The notes under the pieces: generated by a model
The model's database searches: none
What the model was told of the DNA's origin: nothing
The model's input: only the letters and a program-made list of their open reading frames with translations
Program-made: the position numbers and the translations under genes
IMG/VR virus record: IMGVR_UViG_3300044684_000161
Location: 1-64,000 of that record
Reading direction: 5' to 3' (one strand)
DNA: 64,000 bases
Source of the DNA: a virus
Shown: positions 24,394-34,300 of the stretch, in pieces
Layout of the letters: each line of letters begins with the position of its first letter
How positions within the stretch are numbered: position 1 is the stretch's first letter

Positions 24394-24409
24394 AGTCGTA
24401 GTGGTAAGT

Positions 24410-24428
24410 GCGCCCGATAAGCGCCCGG
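24410..24428 (+). repeat. GCGCCC(G/T)A tandem motif
   Basis: GCGCCCGA-taa-GCGCCCGG. Confidence 0.55.
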
Positions 24429-24604
24429 GCGTGTGGCGTGCGGGCGTGAACCCACGAAAACACGGCGCCGCGCGGCGGCGCGCATCAGATTCCGAATCTT
24501 GCGAGTACTGTCTGGCGCTGACGTTTCGCTTGGGATCCAATGATACGGCCAATACTCAAATAAGAGTAACGCCGTTGTATCGGCGCAACGCTGGCCCCGG
24601 TCGT

Positions 24605-24624
24605 CGTGACGACATCATGGCGGT
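24605..24624 (+). promoter_or_regulatory. CGTGAC-type promoter, leaderless portal mRNA
   Basis: CGTGAC-ga-CATCAT-N6-ATG with no Shine-Dalgarno. Confidence 0.65.
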
Positions 24625-26337
24625 ATGAGTGATAAAGCCGCCGCCGTAGCCTTCAATTCCGATGCGCCCGCCGACGAGCGCTATGACGCCAACGCAGAAA
24701 TGCAGAAGGCGGCGATGCCGCGCGCGCTATCGGATCTCATTCCGTCTGCCGAAGTTCAGCCGGTGATCGACTACATCCGCCAAGAGATCGAGGAGCAAGA
24801 GTTCCGAAAGTCGCTCCAGAAGCCCAACGTCATACCGTTCCCGAGCAAGGCAGTGCAGGAACACAAGCCCGGTATGCAGTCGGTCTATCTGGACGACATG
24901 CAGATCACGGCGATGGGTCAATGGTACGAAAAGCCGACGGCATTCGGCTTCGACTCGATGCGCGCGATGGTCGATCAGACGCCGATCTTGAATTCGATCA
25001 TCATGACCCGCATTCGCCAGGTTCAGCGCTTCTGTCGCGTGCCTGAGACGGGTCGCGGCCCGGGTTTCCAGATTCGCACGAAGGACCCGAACCAGCAGCA
25101 GGGGAAGGACGAGAAAAAGTCGATCCTCATGCTGCAGGACTTCTTTCAGAACTGCGGGTGGGAGTCTCGACCACGTCAACGCATGCGCCTGAAGCGCGAC
25201 GATTTCGCCTCGTTCATGGCGAAGCTGACGCGCGACACTTTGACGATGGATTCGATGCCGATCGAAACCGAGTTCAAACGCGACAAATCGCTCGGACTGG
25301 ACGGACTCTATGCCGTTGACGGTTCGACAATCCGGCTGTGCACCGAAGACGGCTATGATGGCGATGACGAAATCTTCGCGCTGCAGGTCGTGCAGAGCCG
25401 CATCCGCACGGTCTACACATACGACGATCTGATCTACGTGCCGCGCAATCCGTCCTCGAGTGTGTTGGTGAGCGGATACGGGACCTCGGAAACCGAACTT
25501 CTGATTCGGGTTGTGACAGGCTTTCTGAACGCCTTCACCTACAACACGAAGTATTTCGACTCGAACACGATCCCGAAGGGCGTCCTGAACCTGTACGGCA
25601 ACTACACCGAGCAGGACATCCAAGCGTTCAAGCGTTATTTCAACGCGATGGTCAAGGGCATCAACAATTCATGGGCGTTGCCCGTGATGGTGTCCAAGGA
25701 CCAAGAGAGCGGCGCCAAGTTCGACAAATTCGGCGTGGATGTGGACGACGCCATGTTCGTCAAGTGGATGATTTTTTTGACCTCGATCATCTGCGCCATC
25801 TATGGCATCGCGCCGGACGAGATCAACTTCGAATCCTTCCGCGCCGGCACGTCAAGCCTATCCGGCTCCGACACAGAAGAAAAGCTCGCGAACTCGAAGG
25901 ACAAGGGGCTGCGCCCGCTGCTCTCGTACTTCGAGAACCTGTTCACCGACTTCGTGGTACAGGAATTCTCGAACAAGTACGTGTTCCGCTTCTCGGGCCT
26001 TGATAGCGAGGACGAGGATAAGCGGCACGAGATGCGCAAGCTCGTGCTGAGTGTGGACGAGATCCGAGCCCAAGAGGGGTACGACAAGTGGGGCAGCGAT
26101 AGCAAACTTGGCGATGCGCCCGTCAATCCCGCATTGCTTGCCGCATGGCAGGCCGAGCAGGGGATGGCGGCGATGCCACCTGGGTCTTCCGATGCGGAGG
26201 TCTCGGCAAGCGGCTCCGTCAGTGGCGTGAAGTCCGGTACGGATGGAGATGACGGCGAAGGGGATGATGACGACCCCGCCGATGACGAAGACATGGGCAA
26301 GGCGTTCGGCCTGCCGATTTTCAAAATTGAGGCGTGA
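24625..26337 (+). CDS. Portal protein
   Basis: LYAVDGSTIR, LIYVPRNP..GYGTSETE, PKGVL, ICAIYGIAPDEI, SKDKGLRPLL, LSVDEIRA. Confidence 0.92.
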   Translation: MSDKAAAVAFNSDAPADERYDANAEMQKAAMPRALSDLIPSAEVQPVIDYIRQEIEEQEFRKSLQKPNVIPFPSKAVQEHKPGMQSVYLDDMQITAMGQWYEKPTAFGFDSMRAMVDQTPILNSIIMTRIRQVQRFCRVPETGRGPGFQIRTKDPNQQQGKDEKKSILMLQDFFQNCGWESRPRQRMRLKRDDFASFMAKLTRDTLTMDSMPIETEFKRDKSLGLDGLYAVDGSTIRLCTEDGYDGDDEIFALQVVQSRIRTVYTYDDLIYVPRNPSSSVLVSGYGTSETELLIRVVTGFLNAFTYNTKYFDSNTIPKGVLNLYGNYTEQDIQAFKRYFNAMVKGINNSWALPVMVSKDQESGAKFDKFGVDVDDAMFVKWMIFLTSIICAIYGIAPDEINFESFRAGTSSLSGSDTEEKLANSKDKGLRPLLSYFENLFTDFVVQEFSNKYVFRFSGLDSEDEDKRHEMRKLVLSVDEIRAQEGYDKWGSDSKLGDAPVNPALLAAWQAEQGMAAMPPGSSDAEVSASGSVSGVKSGTDGDDGEGDDDDPADDEDMGKAFGLPIFKIEA

Positions 26338-26340
26338 AGT

Positions 26341-26643
26341 ATGTCAACGGTACAACTCGACGATCCGATCACCGGCGCGCCGGCGCCGCAACAGGGTCTG
26401 CATGGCGCCGCGCGCGTGAGTGATGCAGCAGTATCAGTGCAGGCCGTGACGCCCAGCAATTCGACCGCCCTGCCAGTTGGATGCAAGGGACTGTGGGTCG
26501 GCGGCGCGGGCAACGTAGTAGTGACGATGTGGGATGCCACGACCGCGACGTTCAATGCAGTGCCGGCAGGGACCCTGTTGAAGGTGAGTCCGCAATATGT
26601 CAACGCTGCGACGACCGCAACGAATATCGTCGCCATTTTTTAG
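26341..26643 (+). CDS. Head spike-base protein (RcGTA Rcc01079-like)
   Basis: AVTPSNSTAL..KGLWVGGAGNVVV..FNAVPAGTLLKV..V.ATTATNIVA. Confidence 0.75.
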   Translation: MSTVQLDDPITGAPAPQQGLHGAARVSDAAVSVQAVTPSNSTALPVGCKGLWVGGAGNVVVTMWDATTATFNAVPAGTLLKVSPQYVNAATTATNIVAIF

Positions 26644-26717
26644 CCGCATAGTGGCGTAAAAGAGACAATCGAATTGCCCAAATCCGATTAAGACCATACT
26701 CTTCATAGCAACAAGCC

Positions 26718-26905
26718 CGTGATCTCCCGATAGCCTGATCGGGTCGGCCGGGGCTAAACGGCCGAGCTATATTTCTCCGGCGCTGCACTGGAGGCGTCTC
26801 TCAGGAGGCGGCAGGCTTGCGGATAGCGCGGTTCCGAGCCCGCAAGGGTAGTCGCATCGGGACACGACGGCCCCGGTAGCGCCAACTGCCGGGGCCGATT
26901 GTTTT
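26718..26905 (+). ncRNA. Putative multibranch structured RNA with a 3' terminator hairpin
   Basis: Closing stem CGTG..TCCCGAT/ATCGGGACACG, inner AGCCTG/CAGGCT, further hairpins with G-U pairs on plus, then CGGCCCCGG/CCGGGGCCG and a T tract. Confidence 0.55.
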
Positions 26906-26944
26906 AGTTCGCTCGCGCGCGGCGCGTGACAGTACCTCATTGCC

Positions 26945-27664
26945 ATGATCATCGAACACTTTGAGCGCAATACCTCTGGCCGTGATCTGGTCATTGGGGA
27001 CATTCATGGCTGCTTCAGCCGTGTGCAAGCGCACCTTGATCGGATCGGTTTCGATCCTGGACGCGATCGGCTGTTCAGCGTTGGCGATCTTGTGGATCGC
27101 GGGCGAGAGTCAAACCTAGTGCTTGAATGGCTCGCGAAGCCATGGTTTCATGCCGTGTGCGGCAACCATGACGATATGGCGAAGCGCTGGCCCAGCGGGC
27201 GCATGGATGCCGGAAACTATGCGGACAATGGCGGCGGCTGGAACATCATCAATCCGCCTGCGCTCCAGCGAGAGATCGCCGACGCCATGTCCACTTTGCC
27301 GATCGCGATCGAGGTGGAGACAGCGAACGGCCTAATCGGCATTGTGCATGCGGATTGCCCGTTCCCGTCGTGGGCGTTATTTTCGCAGGCCCTGACTGAT
27401 CCGACCATTTCGAATCGCACACGCCAAGCGATCATCGACGATGCTCAATGGTCACGTGAGCGTATCACCGCGATGGATGTCGAGGAAATTGAAGGCGTGC
27501 GTGCGGTCATCGTTGGGCATACGCCCGTCAAGCAGTTCACGAGTCTCGGCAACGTGTTCTATATCGACACCGGCGCTGTGTTCCCGGGGCGTGAATTCAC
27601 AATCTTGGATGCGGAGACATTGCGTCCAGTTGACCTCAAACTGACGCTTGATTGGGCGTCGTGA
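26945..27664 (+). CDS. Ser/Thr protein phosphatase (lambda NinI/PphA-like metallophosphoesterase)
   Basis: GDIHG, GDLVDRG, GNHD, VHAD, GHTP and IDTG motifs. Confidence 0.95.
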   Translation: MIIEHFERNTSGRDLVIGDIHGCFSRVQAHLDRIGFDPGRDRLFSVGDLVDRGRESNLVLEWLAKPWFHAVCGNHDDMAKRWPSGRMDAGNYADNGGGWNIINPPALQREIADAMSTLPIAIEVETANGLIGIVHADCPFPSWALFSQALTDPTISNRTRQAIIDDAQWSRERITAMDVEEIEGVRAVIVGHTPVKQFTSLGNVFYIDTGAVFPGREFTILDAETLRPVDLKLTLDWAS

Positions 27665-27676
27665 TCGCATACTGAA

Positions 27677-27843
27677 TTCGCTGCGATGAGTGGGCGGTGA
27701 GCCCCCAGCGGCGCCGTGGGGCCAAAATAACGGCCGCAGCGGCTCATAGCGAAGACGCTCAGCGTCGGTCTCCACGTTAGGGAGTCGCCGTATCCGCACG
27801 AGACGCGGCGTTCAATGTGCCGGGATGAGGAACCGCCCGGCAC
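27677..27843 (+). ncRNA. Putative structured RNA
   Basis: TTCGCT..ATGAGT/GCTCAT-AGCGAA stem then four hairpins ending GTGCCGGG/CCCGGCAC; upstream CGTGAT-cg-CATACT. Confidence 0.45.
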
Positions 27844-27871
27844 CTCTGATTCGTGACGCTATTCTCGCGTC

Positions 27872-29035
27872 ATGGCACTTCTTGTCGACATCAGCAGCCT
27901 TAGCGAGACGCAGAGCGATCGGGCGCTACATACCATCTATAAAGCGATCCACGATCACGGCGACGACGACGCGATCTGGAAAGAGATGGACTCGCCGTTC
28001 CTGCGCCGTCTCGTCGAACTGTTCACGCAGCGCGGTCTGATGCGTCTCGACGGCTTCCGCAAGGAACTCGTCGAATGGATTAACGGCGAGAAGCATCGCG
28101 CCGGCGAGCGGCCTTCTCGTCCGGACGGAATGATGCAGCGCTGGAGCGCAGCCGAACTCAGGCTCGTGAAGCTCTATCTCGAGACGTTGCCGCCGGAGGC
28201 ATTCACACTCGATGACTGGATGATGGTCGTCGACTATCTGACGATGCGCTACTTGCCACCGGACGATCTACGCACGGAGGCCGAGTGGCTGTCGACGCGC
28301 GCGACGCTCATGGGTCGCGTGCAGGCCAACATGGAGAGCCTGAGCACGAAGCAGGCCGATACCGTACTCGCCGCGCTCCCGTCGACCGTCGCGGAAGCCG
28401 TTTCAGAATTCGTCATGTCGACCGCTCAGCGCGCGATGCTCGACTATGCCCGCGTGCGCGCGGCCGAGAACGTGCAGAAACTCGCCGACGACACACGGCA
28501 CCGCATGCGCTACGTAATCGCGCAGCACCATGAGCAGCAGATGCTCAAGATTCCCGGCACGCCGGGACAGTCGCTACAGACGCGGCTGTTGGATGAGTTC
28601 GCCACGCTCAATCGGGACTGGCGGCGTATCGCTGTGACCGAGGCGGTGGAAGATCAAAACCAGGGCGTCATCGCGAACATGAAGCCTGGATCCAAGGTCA
28701 AACGGCTTGAGCACTACGTCGGCGCGTGCGCTTTCTGCAAGAAGATCGACGGAATGGTGTTCAACGTCGTCGATCCGGGAGCGACCGACAAAGATGACTG
28801 GACCGACGTTTGGGTCGGCAAGACGAACGTGGGGCGCTCGGCCGCTCCGCGTAAGCGTGTGGGAAAAGAACTGATCCCGCGTGAGGCGGCGGAGATGTGG
28901 GCCCCTGCCGCAGGTGTGCAGCACCCCCACTGCCGAGGTCGCTGGTTGCCAGTGCTCGAAGCCGAGCCTGGCGACGATCCGGATTTCGCGGAATGGCTGC
29001 GCAAGAAACTGGAGAAGAAAAGTGCCGCTACTTGA
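27872..29035 (+). CDS. Head morphogenesis protein (MuF/SPP1 gp7-like)
   Basis: [22 protein letters not shown]; leaderless CGTGAC promoter at 27852. Confidence 0.85.
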   Translation: MALLVDISSLSETQSDRALHTIYKAIHDHGDDDAIWKEMDSPFLRRLVELFTQRGLMRLDGFRKELVEWINGEKHRAGERPSRPDGMMQRWSAAELRLVKLYLETLPPEAFTLDDWMMVVDYLTMRYLPPDDLRTEAEWLSTRATLMGRVQANMESLSTKQADTVLAALPSTVAEAVSEFVMSTAQRAMLDYARVRAAENVQKLADDTRHRMRYVIAQHHEQQMLKIPGTPGQSLQTRLLDEFATLNRDWRRIAVTEAVEDQNQGVIANMKPGSKVKRLEHYVGACAFCKKIDGMVFNVVDPGATDKDDWTDVWVGKTNVGRSAAPRKRVGKELIPREAAEMWAPAAGVQHPHCRGRWLPVLEAEPGDDPDFAEWLRKKLEKKSAAT

Positions 29036-30395
29036 AGGAAGTTCGGATGAAGTAGTGTCCGCGAACATCGCGGAATTGATCAGATCAGGTCACCCCAGGG
29101 ACCAAGCGGTAGCGATCGCATACAAGAAGGCTGGCCGATCGCGAGACGGCATGAACAAGGCGATCGTTTTTTTGAAGGCTGACATTTCGGAAAAGCTGGC
29201 GCGGTTGCGAGCGCGGCGTTCTGGACTCCCGTCCGTAGGACAGCGCATCGAGTTCTTGAGCGACAGGTTCTCGGATAAGGGCCCAGCAACAGGCACCGTC
29301 TCGTCGGTCGATGGCACCAAACTGACAGTGAAGTTTGCGGACGAGGAGCAGTCATTTTTGTGGCGTGACCTGCGCGACGCCGCGCAACTTACCGAAGATG
29401 GCCTGTGGATGATCAAAGCGCATCCCGCCGCGACCGGTTGGCGAGAGCCAACACCCGCGCAAGCCGAAGCAGGCAACTACCGCAAGCCGGTCGTGCGCTG
29501 GAACGGCCTCGACATCGCGATCGAGAACCCGGCGGGGACCGTGCGGCGCGGTAATGGCTGGGAAACCCGCATGATCTACGACTACGGGTACGTGAAGCGA
29601 TCCGAAGCCGTTGATGGCGACGAGGTGGACGTGTACCTCGGGCCTAACCTCGAAAACGCGCCGATGGTCTACGTCGTGCACCAGCGCAAGTACGGCGACT
29701 GGGACGCCTACGACGAGGACAAGTGCATGCTTGGCTTCGACAGCGAGGACGATGCGAGCGCGGCATACCTGCAGCACTATGACGATGCCCGGTTCCTCGG
29801 GCCGATCACGGCGATGCCGGTCGCCGAGTTCGTCGAGAAGGTTCGCGCGACGCGCGATAAACCGGCGATGATCAAAGGAGTTGGTATGTCGCAAATGGTG
29901 ATGTTCCTGAAGGCACACGGAAAGCCGCCTGCGCCCGGGAAGGTGGTCAACGAAGATGGCGAGGACAAGATCGTCGAGAACCTTGACGGATTGATCGGCG
30001 AGCACGAGCATCTTGTCGCCGTCCTCGACAAAGACAAAGATCCGGCCGCGCAGCAGGAAGCGCGCGAGGAAGGTGCCGAGCTCGACGAGTTCAAGCGCAA
30101 GAAGAAGGCGGCCGACAAGGGCGCGCCGATGTCCAAGGCGATCGTATTCTTGAAGGCTGCGAAGCTCTCGGACAGTCTGCGACGGAAGATTGGCACCGTT
30201 GGCAGTTCGAAGCGCCAGGACGAGCCGGAGGGCGTGTTTCTGGAGCCCGGCGAACGCAAGTACCCAGTGAAGATCAAGGAAGGCGATAAGTGGGTCTATT
30301 CGCCGAAGCTGCTCGAGGCGGCAGCGGCTGAAGCGCGAATGCACGGTCACGAGGACATTGCGAAGCGCGCTGACGAAATCCGAGCAGGTCTATAA
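29022..30395 (+). CDS. Multi-module head-associated protein with a polyvalent-protein inorganic pyrophosphatase-like domain
   Basis: GTG start with GGAG RBS; [41 protein letters not shown]; repeated KAIVFLKA linkers. Confidence 0.8.
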   Translation: MPLLEGSSDEVVSANIAELIRSGHPRDQAVAIAYKKAGRSRDGMNKAIVFLKADISEKLARLRARRSGLPSVGQRIEFLSDRFSDKGPATGTVSSVDGTKLTVKFADEEQSFLWRDLRDAAQLTEDGLWMIKAHPAATGWREPTPAQAEAGNYRKPVVRWNGLDIAIENPAGTVRRGNGWETRMIYDYGYVKRSEAVDGDEVDVYLGPNLENAPMVYVVHQRKYGDWDAYDEDKCMLGFDSEDDASAAYLQHYDDARFLGPITAMPVAEFVEKVRATRDKPAMIKGVGMSQMVMFLKAHGKPPAPGKVVNEDGEDKIVENLDGLIGEHEHLVAVLDKDKDPAAQQEAREEGAELDEFKRKKKAADKGAPMSKAIVFLKAAKLSDSLRRKIGTVGSSKRQDEPEGVFLEPGERKYPVKIKEGDKWVYSPKLLEAAAAEARMHGHEDIAKRADEIRAGL

Positions 30396-31247
30396 CCGTT
30401 CTCGGTACTGCGCCGGCGTCATGCCCATCTCACGTTTGAACGCGGTTGTGAAGTGGCTTTGGCTTGAAAAGCCGCATTCTAGTGATATGGCCGCGATCGA
30501 GAGCGTCCGATTGCGGAGTAGAGCCTTTGAGCGTTCGATGCGGCGGCTCCAGACATATCGTATTGGCGTTATGCCCATGGATCGACTGAACGCGCGAGAG
30601 AAGTGAAATGGGCTGAGCGCAGCAACCGATGCCAATTCGTCGACCGAGATCGGACGATGCAGGTTCATCTCGACGAAATCCATGACCTTGCGCAATCTGC
30701 CGCGCGGCAATACGCCTGCATGCACGTCATTCCCTGCATTCAGGCGATCATCAAAAAGCACCATGACGCGTGCGGCGAGCGATCTTGCATTGTTCTCTAT
30801 AAGTAATGGCCACTCTTCAATGCGACCAAGCGAAGTAAGTTGCCTCAAAGAATTCATGAGAGGGTAAGCTATTGGGCTTTGTCTTGCGCTTATTCTTTTA
30901 AATGTTTCAGGCCTATATTCAAGGCCACTAGACGATATCTTTTTGAACCATGACTCTCCAACGGTTAATGTAGTTGCCTCGGCGTCATTTAAAAATTCAA
31001 CCTCTAGTTTCCATCCTGCCGGCAAAAATGAATAGCTCATGCCGTGCCACTTAACCTTTACAGGTTCTTTGCCATTAACGATTTCTATCGTTTCGGCCGG
31101 TCTGTCAAGTACACAATACACGTGATTACTTAGCTGAACTTCAAATTTCTGTCCTTTAAATGTTGGAAATCTTGCAATTGCGAGTCTTGGCGAATCGTTC
31201 GCAAGGAAAAAACGCACATTCGGAAAATCTCTCATTTCTTTGTACAT
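30390..31247 (-). CDS. AraC-family transcriptional regulator (AT-rich moron)
   Basis: [49 protein letters not shown]. Confidence 0.9.
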   Translation of the reverse strand: MYKEMRDFPNVRFFLANDSPRLAIARFPTFKGQKFEVQLSNHVYCVLDRPAETIEIVNGKEPVKVKWHGMSYSFLPAGWKLEVEFLNDAEATTLTVGESWFKKISSSGLEYRPETFKRISARQSPIAYPLMNSLRQLTSLGRIEEWPLLIENNARSLAARVMVLFDDRLNAGNDVHAGVLPRGRLRKVMDFVEMNLHRPISVDELASVAALSPFHFSRAFSRSMGITPIRYVWSRRIERSKALLRNRTLSIAAISLECGFSSQSHFTTAFKREMGMTPAQYRERL

Positions 31248-31334
31248 GGCGTCGATCTCAACGTTGGCAGCGCTGCGGCGGCCCCGATCGTGACGCGACA
31301 ATCCCGAGACAACATCTGAAGGCTGTCCCGACCG

Positions 31335-34300
31335 ATGCTCATCTTCTTCAGTAAAGCTACCCCGCCGCAGGTCAACATGCCTGTGCATGTTGCCGGCACA
31401 GTCCGGAAAGACGGAACGATTGTCAAACCGCACATGCGCATGCAGCGTGTCTCTCTCCACGCCACCCAGCCCCCAACGCCTGCCGCTGCGGCTCCCAAGT
31501 CGCCAGAGCGCAAGCCGGGAAAGCTCGATTCGTTTCTGGAAAAACACGGCGGTGAGCAGAGGTTCCGAGCATCCCTTCTGGATATGAAACCCGAGCAGCG
31601 GGCTAAACTGATCGATGCAATGGCGCATATCGACGGTATCGAGCCGTCCGGCGTTATGGAGCGCCTTGGGCTACATGCTTCCGACTTGAAGGAGGGTGAT
31701 CCCGATGGATCGGGGGCTCATGAGATCGTCGAGCACATCACGCGCAAGGGGAAGACGCTGCGAGGTGTGATCCGGCGAGATCTCTCTCAGGATGAAGCCA
31801 AGCAGATCGACGAATATACCTTCCGCAAGGATGGCGGTTGGTTCATTCGAGAGAAGCACCTGGAGACGGCGGCGAAACTGGACGCCGCGCGCCATGCCGG
31901 CATCATTGACGACGCGCAGCACGAAACTGCACGAGCGGCGGCGGCCAAGGATGGGCCATCCGGGGCGCTCGGCGCGCTACAGCAACAACCGTCTCCCAAT
32001 GAGCCGTCTCATCCTATCGAGTCAGCGGCGCCAGCGGATCGTCCCAAGGAGCAGGCCGACAAACTGCGAGAGGCTGGCGAGAAGCTGAAGGCTGCGGCAG
32101 AAGCTGATCTAGGGCGTGACCGGCTGGCGAATACGGCGCGACGCGCGCGCATGGCTGCCGGCGCAGAAGCCGACGCCAGCCAGCGGCTCTCGATCGCCGG
32201 TACGATGATCAATCTCGCCGATGCAATCGAGGCTGGTGATGCGCGGCATCTGAAGGGCATTACTACACGTGCGGCGGTCGAAACGCTGGATGGAATGGTG
32301 CGTCGCGCCGTGCGCGAGACGGATCGGCATCTACCATATATCGAACAACGGGCCCGCGAAGGACGGTCTCCGGAGCCAGATGACATTCGGAATGCGAGGC
32401 TGCCGAGGTTTAGCGTACACGGCAACGTGGCGGCTGATATCGCGGAGAAACTGCGCGGCGTGAAGGGTGCCGCGAAGCTTTCGGGATGGGCATATCGAAT
32501 TTCGGAGCGCGTGGGCCGCGACGCGGTTGCCACGCTACCAGATGATGACGCCGAGACAATCCGCGCCGTTTTCAAAAAGCTCGCCGACATGGGCGAGAAG
32601 CATATGGGGTGGGATTTGCGCGAAACGCTTGCCGTGCGTGACCGTCTCGCGCGGGCCGGCATCACGAGCGACCGCGACCTGCGCTTGGCTCTGACCGAGT
32701 ACCTGATTTTCCGGGATGGTCCCAAGAAGGCCGATCCGATCAAGGAAGCGGAGCGTGTTCTCGTCGGCCAGAAGGTTGGCGTCGATTTCTTCCCGACGCC
32801 GAAGCCGCTCGCCGCGAAGATGGCCGAGTTGGCCGGCGTCAAGCCTGGCATGACCGTACTTGAGCCGTCGGCGGGCAATGGGCATCTAGCAGATGCGGCG
32901 CGGGATGCTGGTGCGCAGGTCGATACGGTCGAAGTTTCCGATGCGCTGCGCAATGTGTTGCACGCTAAAGGTCACAACATCGCCGGGCACGACTTCGACA
33001 CGTTCGAACCGGGCAAGCAATACGACGCGGTCATCATGAATCCGCCGTTCTCCGACCGGCGCGATGCGGCACATATCATGCGCGCCTATGACTTGCTTAA
33101 GCCCGGCGGCAAGCTGGTGGCGATCGCGGGCGAAGGCGTGTTCTTCGGCTCGGATCAGAAGGCGCAGACGTTCCGCGACTGGCTCGATGAGCGCGGCGCA
33201 GAGGTGGAGAGGCTTCCAGAAGGCACGTTTAAGGGCTCCGACCTACCGGCGCAGACGGGAGCGAACGCGCGGCTGATCGTCGTGGAGAAGCCGGCGCATG
33301 TTGCGGCCGCTCCTGTTCAGGAATCTGCTCCGTCCATGGAACGTGAACAGCCTTCCATTCATGAACAAGGCCCAAAGGAAGGCGAGACCAAATTCGAAAA
33401 CGGCGTCGAATACGTGCTGCGCGACGGGCGCTGGCATCGGGCGCACGAGGATCAAGCGGACGAACGCGGCGCAGTGAGCGATGCGGTGCTTGAGGATGTC
33501 GGGCTGTTGCGAGAATTCGGTGGTAATTGGCAGTACAAGTTTGGCATCGACGGCAGGTGGATGACGGCAAACTCTAAGGAGGACGCCGTTTCCATTGCGA
33601 CGAAAACGTACCACGAAACGCCTGAATCCGAGCGCATGACCAGGGACCAGCGCGACGCCAAGGCCGACGCAGATGAGTACGAGGATCTTCACCGCCGATA
33701 TGGTCATCTGTCGGTCGACGATCTGCGCGATCGGCACGAAAAGATGGGCGGCGAAATTGAAGGACTGCAAGCCGCTGGCCGTCGTGAGTTCAATGGCGGT
33801 GGCCGCAGGACGAGCGCGGCCGTCAGCGCGCAGGGTGCGCGTGATGTTTCGGAGGAGCGATCGAAGCTCGATCGTTATATCGAACGTCGCGCTGCTGATG
33901 AGGCTGCTGCGCCGGTGCGAGATGCAGAGTCCGATCTCGCAAGCGATCGCGAAGAACTCGCGACCGAGCTCGCGCGTGATCCGCATAGCGAGCCCGCGAA
34001 GGAAGCCGTGCGCAAAGTGGGCCGGCGCGTCGCGGAAGACGAGGAGCCGGTCTCGGCGCTTGACGAAGACGACCCGAACAGCCCGAACTACCGGTATGCC
34101 GATACCGGATACGTCGCTGGCTCGCGCAAGGAACTTGCCGCATCTCAGGTGATCAAGAGTGCCAAGCAGGAGGGTGCGCGCGTCTACGCGACCGCAATCG
34201 ACTGGGATCAGCTTGAGCAGAATCCGCGCGAAGCCAAGGACCTGATCACGAAGTCGAACTTATTTGGCGAAGTGGACTGGCCCGCGCTGCGCGCAGCCGG

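Noticed and set aside
31248-31628. N-terminal extension of the AraC ORF as given in the ORF track
   Set aside because: It overlaps the start and promoter of the 1609-aa gene on the opposite strand; the composition shift supports a start near 31247 or 31235
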